From Methanobacteriota archaeon (GTDB lineage Archaea > Thermoplasmatota > Poseidoniia > Poseidoniales > Poseidoniaceae), in NCBI GenBank assembly GCA_002719815.1, contig PBET01000001.1:131-64130 (forward strand): DNA of 64,000 nt. The letters are read 5' to 3'. Each line of letters begins with the position of its first letter. Within the stretch, counting starts at the first letter, position 1. Below are positions 1 through 9,600 of this stretch, one piece after another. The notes beneath the pieces were generated by a model, which did not search any database, was not told the DNA's origin, and was given only the letters and a program-made list of their open reading frames with translations. The translations under genes were made by a program, and so were the position numbers.

Positions 1-16
1 ACCCGAGGATTCCCAC

Positions 17-553
17 CTAGATGTCAAATACAACATCTGAGTACCAACCAGGGCCTTCAAAGGTTGGTACTTCTTCCCATTGCGATGGTAATGTTTCACC
101 AGTTGGAACTTCATTGACAACGAGGTCTTGTCGAGTTACTGCCTTGATCTCGACTTCCTTTTCAATTTCAATTGAATCAATAAAGCGCACTTGTGCTTGC
201 AATTGGATACCATCCGATGCACGCTCTAATTTAACAGAACAATCAACAAGCCATTTCTCTTCGACTTCATCCATATAGAGGATTTCTTCAAGCCATTTGA
301 CAAGGAGCAAACCATGTGCATCATCGTGATTTGGAATTGAACACGTCCATACAGCAGAATGATGTTGTACATCGTGTGGTAGTTCTTTTGCCAGAAGATA
401 ATGTTGCATTCCGAGCGCGGTTTCTTCAAACAATCTTGGCAAGGATGTTGCAAATGATCGCAATCCAACATCAGCAGTTGTTGGCCTTGGCCACGAACTC
501 ACGTAGTTCACCTCAACGCTTGGATACTTGGAGTGACCAAGCAATTTCTCCAA
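17..553 (-). CDS. Archease (activator of the RtcB tRNA ligase family)
   Basis: 178-aa ORF with an archease-like N-terminal 'TADVGLRSFA' motif and a C-terminal 'VEIKAVTRQDLVV ... DVVFDI' motif. Its 5' end overlaps the stop of the upstream kinase ORF, so the start is uncertain. Confidence 0.6.
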   Translation of the reverse strand: MEKLLGHSKYPSVEVNYVSSWPRPTTADVGLRSFATSLPRLFEETALGMQHYLLAKELPHDVQHHSAVWTCSIPNHDDAHGLLLVKWLEEILYMDEVEEKWLVDCSVKLERASDGIQLQAQVRFIDSIEIEKEVEIKAVTRQDLVVNEVPTGETLPSQWEEVPTFEGPGWYSDVVFDI

Positions 554-1580
554 TCCTATCGATCATGTCATCAAGCCGAAGAACAAATCGATCGGTTCGA
601 TCAGCAACGAGAATACATTCACTTGCGGCATTCGCAAGTTGTGCAGTTTCTTCAACGGAAAGGTCGAGACTAATGGCAGTAGCAACAGCCACTGCAGCTG
701 CATCGATGAGGCCGATCATCTGACGGATTTCTTCAAGCATGCATTGAACGTGTACCGTTTCTTCATCCTTCGAATGAATTGTAACGCCATCCTGCCCTTC
801 CAAGATGAGCAGATGCTTCCAATCATTGCTCTCCAATAGAGATGCAGCAGCCTCCGCTCCTGTCGCAGCACCAATTCGTCTTCGCATCAATTCCAATCCT
901 TTTGATTGGAACAAGACCCAATCGACGCCTTGTGTGCGATGTAAACCTGTCAATTTGGGATCTGCGATGATCGGTACATTGTGCTTTTTCGCTTCTGAAA
1001 TAAGTCGTTCAGCACCTTGATCATTGAGCACGCCTAATCCGTAATCGGAAAGGATGAGACATGACGAATTTGGAATGTTCTCAATCGTTCGCTCAATGAG
1101 ACTTTCAAGAGCATCATTGGAGATTGGTTTATCGTCTTCAATATCCCATCGCAAAAGAAGTTGTTCTCCTTTAATCAATCCTTCTCGAGCTCCTAAGAGT
1201 CGTGTTTTGACCGTTGTTGTTCGGTCCTCAAGGACTGCGATACCCGATGTTTCTACACCTTCTTGTTCAAGCATATCGAGAATAGCTAAACCAGAATCAT
1301 CATCACCTACAATTCCATAGAGATGGCTTTTCAAACCGAGTGAATCAAGTCCACGTGCAACGTGTGCTGCAGCACCGACGTCAACATCACGTGATGTTTC
1401 TTTTAGAACCGGAACAGGTGCACGAGAATTCAAATTGTTGGCGAATCCGTGAATATAACAATCCATCATGATGTCACCAACGAGAAGGACCTTTGATGGT
1501 TTGATGTTTTTCAGACCACTTTCCAATTTTTTCAACGCATCGTGAACCTTTACATCGTCATCGCTCATTCCCATTTTCAT
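513..1580 (-). CDS. PfkB-family sugar kinase, RfaE/HldE domain-I-like
   Basis: 355 aa. 'KVLLVGDIMMDCYIHG...NSRAPVPVL' matches the N-terminus of heptose-7-P kinase-type PfkB proteins. Ribokinase-fold Gly/Ala-rich segments are present. The ATGA-type overlap with the upstream gene suggests an operon. Confidence 0.6.
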   Translation of the reverse strand: MKMGMSDDDVKVHDALKKLESGLKNIKPSKVLLVGDIMMDCYIHGFANNLNSRAPVPVLKETSRDVDVGAAAHVARGLDSLGLKSHLYGIVGDDDSGLAILDMLEQEGVETSGIAVLEDRTTTVKTRLLGAREGLIKGEQLLLRWDIEDDKPISNDALESLIERTIENIPNSSCLILSDYGLGVLNDQGAERLISEAKKHNVPIIADPKLTGLHRTQGVDWVLFQSKGLELMRRRIGAATGAEAAASLLESNDWKHLLILEGQDGVTIHSKDEETVHVQCMLEEIRQMIGLIDAAAVAVATAISLDLSVEETAQLANAASECILVADRTDRFVLRLDDMIDRIGEIAWSLQVSKR

Positions 1581-2539
1581 CCCTCGTTTGCATCTTGTAG
1601 ATCTGCGAGTATTGTCGCATGTTCTTGTTCGCTGATTCCTGTTTGTTGACGCAATGTTTCGAGCATTGCGGATTCATCATTTGTGATAATGCCGTCGATA
1701 AGTGCCGTGCTTAGAACCGATCGATACGCCTCATATTCTGGGCTGTTTATCGGATCAAGAATTGCTTGATTCAGCAGTTCTTGGTGTGTTGCTTCATCGA
1801 TATCAAACGCAATTTGGACGGTCTTCAACAACGCTTCTTCCTCTTCGTGAATGACACCATCAACCAACGCCTGTCGTAACATGTCGAGGTAAATTTCTTG
1901 TGGAGGTGGGGCATTTATTTCTTGACGTGCCTCGTTTGATAGCCGGCGTACTCTCTCTGGATGCATTCCGAGAAAATCTACGACTTCATTGAGCAACAGT
2001 TGTTCGTCTTTGGTGATTCGACCATCTTGCCATGCACGAGCAAACATTCTACGAACGAGGGCTTCACCTGCTTGTGCATCGAGGGATGCTGAACCTTCAG
2101 GATGTGATACTGGCGACATCACCGGATTGGCATGAACCACAAAGTGTTCATCAACATGTGCAAGTGTTTCGAGTGTATTTTCTGAACTCTTCATCAACGT
2201 TTCAAGAAGAACGGTTTGTCCTTCATGCTGCACAGGTGTTGATCTAATCCGTTCAAGAATTGATATTGCACGTTCCCGTCCTTCGTTTGTGAGTGAATAC
2301 ACGCGTCTTCTCTGTCGAGCGCCGGGGACATGTCGACTTGTCGTATTGAGACAATTTTGCTCTTCAAGTCGCTTGAGCGTACGTGGGACGTGTTTTCGCT
2401 GAACATGAACTGCAGCGGAAATTCCCGCTTGCGTTAATTCCATCGGCGCTTCCCAATTATTTTCTGGAAGTTGATGGTTGAGAAGATGAAGAAGCGTACG
2501 CTCTTCAGTGGTGAGTGTTCCCAAGAACCCCGATACCAT
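1577..2539 (-). CDS. Winged-helix DNA-binding protein with three C-terminal TerB-like repeats
   Basis: The N-terminus 'LTQAGISAAVHVQRKHVPRTLKRLEE...RRRVYSLTNEG' looks like a wHTH. It is followed by three ~55-aa repeats: 'DGRITKDEQLLLNEV', 'DGVIHEEEEALLKTV' and 'DGIITNDESAMLETL'. Confidence 0.5.
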   Translation of the reverse strand: MVSGFLGTLTTEERTLLHLLNHQLPENNWEAPMELTQAGISAAVHVQRKHVPRTLKRLEEQNCLNTTSRHVPGARQRRRVYSLTNEGRERAISILERIRSTPVQHEGQTVLLETLMKSSENTLETLAHVDEHFVVHANPVMSPVSHPEGSASLDAQAGEALVRRMFARAWQDGRITKDEQLLLNEVVDFLGMHPERVRRLSNEARQEINAPPPQEIYLDMLRQALVDGVIHEEEEALLKTVQIAFDIDEATHQELLNQAILDPINSPEYEAYRSVLSTALIDGIITNDESAMLETLRQQTGISEQEHATILADLQDANEG

Positions 2540-2603
2540 ACTGCTCCCCAGTTGATATGTCGAGGTGGTAGTCCTTAGGACAATCGGTCATCGACGCAAC
2601 AAT

Positions 2604-3737
2604 ATGGGGGGAATCCCAGCAAGAAGCATGGTCCGCCAGAGGAGAAAGTTCAAGCCGAGGGCGAGAACTTCTCGTTCGCTCAATTTGGACTCCATAGGTT
2701 CAATAGAGGGTCAAAGGATTCAGCCTCCTACAAAGGATGGAATCTATTGGAACATATCTCCACCGCTTTCGACCCGTCTTTACGAGAAGAGCGCATTGGG
2801 TCGGCGAAACGAGGATGGATCGATTTCCTTGACAGCATCTGAGGTCTTGTTTTGCCATTGGCACCGTCATCTTCCGCTTCCAGATGAACATTGGTTGATT
2901 AAAGAGTTGGAACAGAATCCTCGTTTAATTTACGAAGCGATCATCATGGATGTAGGTAGAAATGGTGGCGAAATGATCGTCCCATCTGAGCATCACTCTG
3001 AATCCGATTCACTAGCTTGGGGTATTCGTTGGCATCGTGACCGCAATCACCTGAAAGATAAGCATCAGGCATCGGTTTCTATTGCTACAACACACGATCA
3101 ATTGGATTGGGATGAATTACTCCATTGGTGTCAAAAATCAAAAGGAGAAGGTATCGATGCTGAGATGTTTGTTATAGATGATGAACTCGATGTGACTATG
3201 TACAAAATGGATTTAATTCAGCCAAAAGGTGATTTGAAATCGTGGAGTGATTTGGATGAATCTCAACAACAACAATTCCTGAATGATTGGACGAACCGTA
3301 CACCAACAGATGCTGGAAGTTACATTCGCCATGAGCAACTCTGGCCTTGGGAACAAATCGGAATTGATCATATGTCTGGTCGAATACTCCGTCAAGAAGA
3401 AGAGGCTTATCTCCGAGAAATAATCACACATGAGCATGATGTATCCCAAGGTTCGCAACTTATGCACGACCTCTATTCACGTGGTTTGTTGCTAAGACCT
3501 GGATTCAAATACGGTTGTCGGTGGAGAGTTTACGATGGTGATTTGAATGAATCACATGCACCGTGGTTGATTCAACCACGTTCAGAGTCGGCTACGACAT
3601 GGGAAGGTGTTTGCTTGAGTGTACGTCTTGCTGAGGGCGTACACAAACAATGGGTCTGTGCAATCTTCAACAATGGGGAATGGAATTACTTGAGAATTCA
3701 ACGTTGGTCGCCAGGTAAAAATTCCTCGACAGACTGA
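2604..3737 (+). CDS. endA: tRNA-splicing endonuclease, long two-unit (alpha2-type) form
   Basis: The C-terminal catalytic unit 'LLLRPGFKYGCRWRVYDGDLNESHAPWLIQP' matches the endonuclease G-x-K-[FY]-G...Y...H-[SA] core. Length (~375-390 aa) fits a duplicated unit. The ORF opens at GTG 2565, and the first ATGs are at 2604 and 2628. Confidence 0.65.
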   Translation: MGGIPARSMVRQRRKFKPRARTSRSLNLDSIGSIEGQRIQPPTKDGIYWNISPPLSTRLYEKSALGRRNEDGSISLTASEVLFCHWHRHLPLPDEHWLIKELEQNPRLIYEAIIMDVGRNGGEMIVPSEHHSESDSLAWGIRWHRDRNHLKDKHQASVSIATTHDQLDWDELLHWCQKSKGEGIDAEMFVIDDELDVTMYKMDLIQPKGDLKSWSDLDESQQQQFLNDWTNRTPTDAGSYIRHEQLWPWEQIGIDHMSGRILRQEEEAYLREIITHEHDVSQGSQLMHDLYSRGLLLRPGFKYGCRWRVYDGDLNESHAPWLIQPRSESATTWEGVCLSVRLAEGVHKQWVCAIFNNGEWNYLRIQRWSPGKNSSTD

Positions 3738-5764
3738 ACGGAAAGTTCGACATCCGTAACCTTTGCAGGTTTTCGAGATACAATCGATGTAGCAAACCAT
3801 CCAGAAAACAGGACGAAAAAGATCGTGAAAACGAGTGCTTGATTCCCGATAATTGGATTTGAACGCTCACTTTTCGCTTGGAGTTCAACATCGATTTCCC
3901 AATGCTCTCCATTCATCGCTTCTAAGTGAATCGTACCTAAGACATACATATTTTCTTGCAACAACCCTTGGGGTTCAATTTGTAGGATGATGCTTCCATT
4001 TCCTTCAACGATTTGCAGTTTTGATCCTGCTTCTGCAACTCGCGATAATGGGCCTTCGATGTGGAGTGTATATTCGCCTGAACCACGACCTTCTCCTTGA
4101 TAGGGTATGGTCAACGTTGTTGGCTTGTCAACACTGATGGTATCGACAAGAATCATCGCCCCAGGGTTTGGAATTGTACCCAGTGTTGTGACAGTTGTTT
4201 TGATGTCGAACACATCATCTTGGCACTGAATTTGACCTGCGTACGTTGCTGTAGAATCGATTGTTCCTTGTGAAGAAAAAGTACCTTCATGCAACATTCC
4301 AGTTCCTGAAGTATTCCTGAATTCGATGGTTCGACCATCTGTTCCTGACAATGTACCCCAACAGTCAACGTCAACATCTGTACCCCCAGTTTTGAGGAAA
4401 AGAGATTCTCCCATCAATAAGGTCGATCCAAAATTATCGAGATCAATGTCGATCATTGGTGAACAATTTTCGGAGTGAAACTCAACGGCCCATTGGCCAA
4501 GGTTTTCCACAATTTCAGCATGCCATGGTACGAGCACTCCATCATGATCTCGAATGAGCACACCTTGTTCTCCAAACGTGTCCCCTGGCTGAAATAAATC
4601 ACTCGCAACACCGTCATTGATGCCTTTGAGTTGTTCCTGATTTCCATCTGCTTCAATCGTTTTGAGATATGGCCGTCGTTGATCAATATTCAGTGCATTG
4701 TAAGCAGAATCACCTGCTGATTTATCCTCGAGTAAGACAAGTACCCCTTCACCGGGAAGTGATTGATCGTAGCCTTCCTGCGTCCGTTTCTCAATCCACA
4801 GATACTCGTCTTCTGCGAGCTGAATTCTAATTCGTTCCCCTCCGGCGAATCTTGAATCAAGATCAATACTTGGACCAATGCAAGGGCCAACTGCACTATC
4901 TGGCCATTTCAAGACGACATCTTGTGTTGCAGCATGACCGATTGCTTCCATGGTCGGTCCAGTCGGAAGCGATGGTGTATCTCCGCCCCCATTCCAATTT
5001 CCACTTGCCATGATATCCCATACGCCAATGCCTTTCCATGCGCCTGAATATCCTGAATCGTGAACTGGATAAAGATCGTATGCTCCAAATTGATGCATCA
5101 TTTCGTGTAGAATTGTACCAAATCCATTGACGCCGTGTCGCATGCTCGACATTGTATAATGTTCAAAGGTCAATTCACCTTTTTCGATGGGTTCGGGAAA
5201 CGATGTGAAATGCGACCAGATTCGATTCGTTGAGCCCGAACCTTGTTCTTGGGCAAACGTTGAATGCAGGACGAGGAATCGATCGACAACGCCATCGTTA
5301 TTGTAGTCGTATTGTTCGAGCGAGGATTGTGTCATGGATTGGACTGCAAACGTTGCAAGATTTGCAGGCAAGAATTCACTTCCTGTGCCATAATCACGTC
5401 CATTTGCACCATCTGCTCCATAAGCCGAAAGTGGTTCAGGAGCACGCAAGATGGAGTCATGTATGTTCAGTTGTACAGAGACATCATCGCCAACTGCCTG
5501 CGAGAGATAGTTTTCAGAGTATTCTTGCAAGTCCTGAATGGATGCAACGGCATTCTCAGAGAGTGGATTTGATTCAAAGTCGACAAGGACAACCAGCCAG
5601 GTTTCATTGCGTTGTAGACCTACGAGAGGTGCAGACGTATCTTGATTTGAATCAACGTCGATCTCAAAGAGCCCATTGATGGTATCGGAATAGACCTGTG
5701 ATGCAACAGCTAACATCAAACAGAGAACCATCCCAATTGCATGGCCTCTGTTGCCCATAAACAT
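3698..5764 (-). CDS. Secreted, membrane-anchored zinc metalloprotease, M6 (immune inhibitor A)-like
   Basis: 688 aa with an N-terminal signal peptide 'GMVLCLMLAVASQVYS'. The HExxH motif in 'ILHEMMHQFGAYDLYP' resembles M6 'HExGHxLGLPDLY'. A C-terminal TM helix 'ALVFTIFFVLFSGWFATSIV' is present. Confidence 0.6.
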   Translation of the reverse strand: MFMGNRGHAIGMVLCLMLAVASQVYSDTINGLFEIDVDSNQDTSAPLVGLQRNETWLVVLVDFESNPLSENAVASIQDLQEYSENYLSQAVGDDVSVQLNIHDSILRAPEPLSAYGADGANGRDYGTGSEFLPANLATFAVQSMTQSSLEQYDYNNDGVVDRFLVLHSTFAQEQGSGSTNRIWSHFTSFPEPIEKGELTFEHYTMSSMRHGVNGFGTILHEMMHQFGAYDLYPVHDSGYSGAWKGIGVWDIMASGNWNGGGDTPSLPTGPTMEAIGHAATQDVVLKWPDSAVGPCIGPSIDLDSRFAGGERIRIQLAEDEYLWIEKRTQEGYDQSLPGEGVLVLLEDKSAGDSAYNALNIDQRRPYLKTIEADGNQEQLKGINDGVASDLFQPGDTFGEQGVLIRDHDGVLVPWHAEIVENLGQWAVEFHSENCSPMIDIDLDNFGSTLLMGESLFLKTGGTDVDVDCWGTLSGTDGRTIEFRNTSGTGMLHEGTFSSQGTIDSTATYAGQIQCQDDVFDIKTTVTTLGTIPNPGAMILVDTISVDKPTTLTIPYQGEGRGSGEYTLHIEGPLSRVAEAGSKLQIVEGNGSIILQIEPQGLLQENMYVLGTIHLEAMNGEHWEIDVELQAKSERSNPIIGNQALVFTIFFVLFSGWFATSIVSRKPAKVTDVELSVQSVEEFLPGDQR

Positions 5765-5815
5765 CTCACTTCATCGAATCGTTTCAAGTGTTGGGTCATC
5801 TGTGAAATGAAAGTC

Positions 5816-7108
5816 CTATTGTCCAACCAGTTCTGAGAACTCGTTTTCCGTCCAATCATGTGCAGAGACACGTAGAACACCTTCTTCGTATTCAGGCCAA
5901 TTCATTGAAGATATGCCACGGATTTGCTTGGATTCGGTATTCTCTAGTACAGTTAGACAAGCAGATTGTCGTTGGATTGATGTCCATGGATCTTTGATGT
6001 TCACCATTTGAATTGCAATCTCTGTTTTCAATTGTGGATGGTCGATTGGAAGCGCACCCTGAACATTGAGAAGATTGAGTCCACGAAGTTGACATCGAGC
6101 TGAATCGATTGCATTCTTGAATCCCTGAGGTAATGGCGTTCCATCACATCCTCCTATGATGATGTCAGTTAATCGATTCCGAGAGATTGAATCGATGAGG
6201 TGATCACGTTCCTCGTAATTATCGCAAAGTGCTTGATACCTCAGCAATCCTGTATTCTCTGGTGATGTGTCGATTGGATAAGCAACACCATGGCATGAAC
6301 AATCGATGTATGAGACCAATCTCCGACGACCTTCATGATCAAAAAGAGCATTGGGTCTAACGAGTTCAATCGAGGCTCGTACGCTTTTTTGTAGAGAATA
6401 TTCGAGGAAGATGAGCATCGTGCATAGCAAAACAATGTTCGTTCCATTCCAACGTCCAGGGAGGGATAAGAGCAAAACAAGCCCTCCAAGTCCTAGTATA
6501 CGTATCCTCCACCAATCTTGGTTGTTTTCTGTAATCAAACCCAGCGAGCCTGCTGTCATGGTGCCAAAAGCAACCATATATGCTACCAAAAGCGCCCAAA
6601 AGATTGACAATGCAAATGTAAACAATGTAACTGCATCGTATTGTGAAGTCAAACCCATGTCTTGATGAATTGCATCACCGATGGAATACATTCGAGGTAG
6701 AAGAACGTAAAACAAAACCAAAAGTGTAGCATAAGCATAGAATGCTGAGTAAGCAATCCATTTTCGTAAGGATGATCGTTCCTTCATCGTAAGGCCCGGT
6801 CGTGCAAATGTATACATCGAGCGTAAAGCGATAGGCAAGATGCACAAAATGGCGAGGAATATAGCACTTAGCCAACGAACCACACTCCATGATGCAGGCT
6901 CATAAAGCGTAAGGCATGCGTTCGATGAACATGGGTTAAGATGATTGAGAATCACGGCAAGAATTGCATCAATCTTGGTCATAAATGCAAATGTTAGGAT
7001 TGCTACAACCACAAACCCAAGCGTTACTTTTTGGGTTAATATGTCGAAATGATACTGAATCGGTTGATTCGAATCACGTTCAAGTTGGAGCCCTTTCCCA
7101 AGCGACAA
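5816..7108 (-). CDS. TatC-like six-TM protein fused to an uncharacterised ~185-aa Cys-rich C-terminal domain
   Basis: The first ~245 aa align by eye with TatC. 'QYHFDILTQKV' corresponds to 'THLIELRKRL', and 'YTFARPGLTMKERSSL' to 'WAFIAPALYKHERRLV'. Six hydrophobic spans lie in the TatC order. The C-terminal part is soluble and matches no family I recognise. Confidence 0.5.
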   Translation of the reverse strand: MSLGKGLQLERDSNQPIQYHFDILTQKVTLGFVVVAILTFAFMTKIDAILAVILNHLNPCSSNACLTLYEPASWSVVRWLSAIFLAILCILPIALRSMYTFARPGLTMKERSSLRKWIAYSAFYAYATLLVLFYVLLPRMYSIGDAIHQDMGLTSQYDAVTLFTFALSIFWALLVAYMVAFGTMTAGSLGLITENNQDWWRIRILGLGGLVLLLSLPGRWNGTNIVLLCTMLIFLEYSLQKSVRASIELVRPNALFDHEGRRRLVSYIDCSCHGVAYPIDTSPENTGLLRYQALCDNYEERDHLIDSISRNRLTDIIIGGCDGTPLPQGFKNAIDSARCQLRGLNLLNVQGALPIDHPQLKTEIAIQMVNIKDPWTSIQRQSACLTVLENTESKQIRGISSMNWPEYEEGVLRVSAHDWTENEFSELVGQ

Positions 7109-7117
7109 GGTTCTCCC

Positions 7118-8083
7118 TCACACCAAATCTTGGTGTTCAGGATGAGCGCGTGCTTGGACAATTGTTCGATAGACACCAAACATGCCCCATAGGGTAAGCA
7201 TACCAAGAACGAGTGCATAGCCCCATGGTTGCCCATCATCGACGGCCCATCCGAAGGCCAAGAGTGTTGCAAGTGTAAGCAATCCTCGACGAATCCCTTG
7301 AGGAACAGCTAATCGCATGTCGAGATGCTTTGGCCCACCACCGAATCGGCGTTCGTAGAATTCTCCCTGTACAACAGCGCCGACGAGGATGATTGCCAAT
7401 GTTGACCAGTAAAACAAGTTTCCATTGGTGAAGAAATCATCAGCAATTCCTGCTTGTCGTTCTGCTTCGATGGCTTCTGGATTTTCAACTGCAACGAATA
7501 AGGATTCAAAATCACCGACACTGATCGTTCGAAGCGGTTGATTTTCTTCATCATCGTTTGTCATACTCTCAGGTGATGAGATAAAGAATGACAGCAGATT
7601 CCACTTGTCGCCTTCGTTTGCTCCAGCTTGTCCATCGACAGCATTGCCTGCAAGCGAGAAGGAAATTTCACCAACATCACTTGCTGGAGCCGTCCATGTT
7701 ACCACCCAATCATTGCTTGGTGCGGTTTGCGAAACAGCGCCCGGCTCAGAACCATCGGTATCTGTGACGATTTGCGAACCTTCTCCAGCGGTGAATGTCC
7801 CAACTCCATAATCGGTGAGAAGGAATCCACCGTTTGCATAGGATGCATGTTGGAGGTTGATCGTGAACTCATAAGATTCACCAACAGCGTACGCTCGAGG
7901 AACGCCTGAAATTGAAACAACAACATCGTTCGACGGAACACCATTGCCGTGGCAAGTACAGCCTGTTTCTACCGTGAGACCGTTGTTGATTGGATTGACC
8001 CACGGCGGTCCGTTCGGATTCGCCACAACTGGTGCAAGAAGGCAAATAGAAAGCAGCAAAATGAGAAGGGTTCTCGATTTCAT
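7118..8083 (-). CDS. Secreted protein with a Reeler-like beta-domain and three C-terminal TM helices
   Basis: Signal peptide 'LLILLLSICLLAPVVA'. 'ETGCTCHGNG', 'WVVTWTAP' and 'AGNAVDGQAGANEGDKW' resemble bacterial reelin-N-like domains. The C-terminus is hydrophobic. Confidence 0.35.
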   Translation of the reverse strand: MKSRTLLILLLSICLLAPVVANPNGPPWVNPINNGLTVETGCTCHGNGVPSNDVVVSISGVPRAYAVGESYEFTINLQHASYANGGFLLTDYGVGTFTAGEGSQIVTDTDGSEPGAVSQTAPSNDWVVTWTAPASDVGEISFSLAGNAVDGQAGANEGDKWNLLSFFISSPESMTNDDEENQPLRTISVGDFESLFVAVENPEAIEAERQAGIADDFFTNGNLFYWSTLAIILVGAVVQGEFYERRFGGGPKHLDMRLAVPQGIRRGLLTLATLLAFGWAVDDGQPWGYALVLGMLTLWGMFGVYRTIVQARAHPEHQDLV

Positions 8084-8145
8084 GACTTCCTCTCCGATTT
8101 ATCCACTTCGGCTCATCCTTTCAACGTTCCTTCAAGACCAGACGA

Positions 8146-9600
8146 TTAGGACTCTTTGATGGCATTGTTTAGCCCGGTCATCATCGCTTTACCGTCTCCG
8201 AATAACATCATGGTCTTGTCCATGTAGAAGAGGTCATTATCCACACCAGCATAACCTACGGAGAGTGAACGCTTGACGATAACCACAGTTCGAGCAGCAT
8301 CCGCATCGATGATCGGCATTCCAGCGAGCGGCCCTTCGCCACTTCGTGCTGCAGGGTTTGTCGTATCGTTCGCACCGATGACAAGGGCTACATCACAATC
8401 TGGGAATTCTGGATTGATTTCATCCATTTCAATAAGCTGTTCATATGGAACATTTGCTTCTGCAAGCAAGACGTTCATGTGCCCAGGCATTCGGCCTGCT
8501 ACTGGATGGATTGCGTACTTGACTTCTGTATCGTATTTTTCAGCGATGAGATCAGCAAACTCCTTCACTTGGTGCTGGCATTGTGAGACAGCCATTCCAT
8601 ATCCTGGTACGATGATGACCTTCTGTGCACCATCGAGCATCATAGCAACTTCGTCAGGATCGGATCCTACCTTGGTTCGAGTGAGCGACTCCTTTTCTCC
8701 ACTGCCACCAAACGACTTGAACAAGACATCAGGTAGTGTTCTGTTCATTGCTTTGCACATGATGAATGTCAAAATCAGACCTGAAGCACCAACAAGTGAA
8801 CCAGCAACGATGAGAACGGAGTTGCCAATAATGAAGCCCGTAAAGGCAGCTGCAATACCTGACAGTGAATTCAGTAGGGACACAACAACTGGCATATCTG
8901 CTCCACCGATCGGAAGTACCAAAACAATACCAAGCACAGCAGAAATTCCTATGATTCCCCAAAGGTAATCTGTATTCGTTGGTGCATCGATGCTCAGGTA
9001 AATCAGTACTGCAACGGCGATCACCATCATGACCTTCAATGGATTGAGCCATACAGGGCCCCAAGTTGGTGTTTTGATCCACTTTCCAAAGATACTCACG
9101 CCGCCCTTGAGTTTGAACATCGCGAGAATGGATCCAGTGAGCGTCATCCATCCTACAAGTGCAGACAATCCTGCTGCGACCATAATGACAGTTAATTCAA
9201 GTTGCTCAATCTGAGTATGGTCTGAGGTGCCTTCGATGAATCTCCAGATTTCAGAGAGAGCAACAAGTGCAGATGCAGCCCCTCCAAATCCGTTGAAGAG
9301 AGCGACAAGTTCTGGCATACCTGTCATTTCGACTCGAATCGCCATCCAGAGTCCGATCAGTGAACCAATGACGAGACCAGCACCGATGAGAACCCATTCG
9401 ATTCCATCGCCAAGTCCCATTTGAAGAATCGTTGTAAGGACTGCAACAAGCATTCCAAGAGCGCCTAATTGGTTTCCAAATGGTGCAGTACGCGGGTGAC
9501 CGAGTTTCTTCAATCCGAAGATGAACAAAGCAGCGGATAAGAGGTAACCGAGTGAAATCCAGTCTTCCATATCAGGCACCTCCTCGTTTCTTTCCAGCAA
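8146..9600 (-). CDS. pntB: NAD(P) transhydrogenase subunit beta
   Basis: 484 aa with a polytopic N-terminus and an NADP(H) domain III. Motifs: 'IIVPGYGMAVSQCQH' and 'YAIHPVAGRMPGHMNVLLAEANVPY'. Confidence 0.92.
   Translation of the reverse strand: MLERNEEVPDMEDWISLGYLLSAALFIFGLKKLGHPRTAPFGNQLGALGMLVAVLTTILQMGLGDGIEWVLIGAGLVIGSLIGLWMAIRVEMTGMPELVALFNGFGGAASALVALSEIWRFIEGTSDHTQIEQLELTVIMVAAGLSALVGWMTLTGSILAMFKLKGGVSIFGKWIKTPTWGPVWLNPLKVMMVIAVAVLIYLSIDAPTNTDYLWGIIGISAVLGIVLVLPIGGADMPVVVSLLNSLSGIAAAFTGFIIGNSVLIVAGSLVGASGLILTFIMCKAMNRTLPDVLFKSFGGSGEKESLTRTKVGSDPDEVAMMLDGAQKVIIVPGYGMAVSQCQHQVKEFADLIAEKYDTEVKYAIHPVAGRMPGHMNVLLAEANVPYEQLIEMDEINPEFPDCDVALVIGANDTTNPAARSGEGPLAGMPIIDADAARTVVIVKRSLSVGYAGVDNDLFYMDKTMMLFGDGKAMMTGLNNAIKES

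Noticed and set aside
7930-7960. 'GCTCHG' as a c-type haem attachment site in the secreted 321-aa protein
   Set aside because: The motif is C-x-C-H, not the C-x-x-C-H required by cytochrome c maturation, and no other haem motif is present. It is retained only as a feature of the Reeler-like domain.
8273-8968. 231-aa ORF on the + strand
   Set aside because: It is antisense to the strongly supported pntB gene. Its product is low-complexity (Ser/Thr/Ala/Pro-rich), as expected for the reverse frame of a membrane protein.
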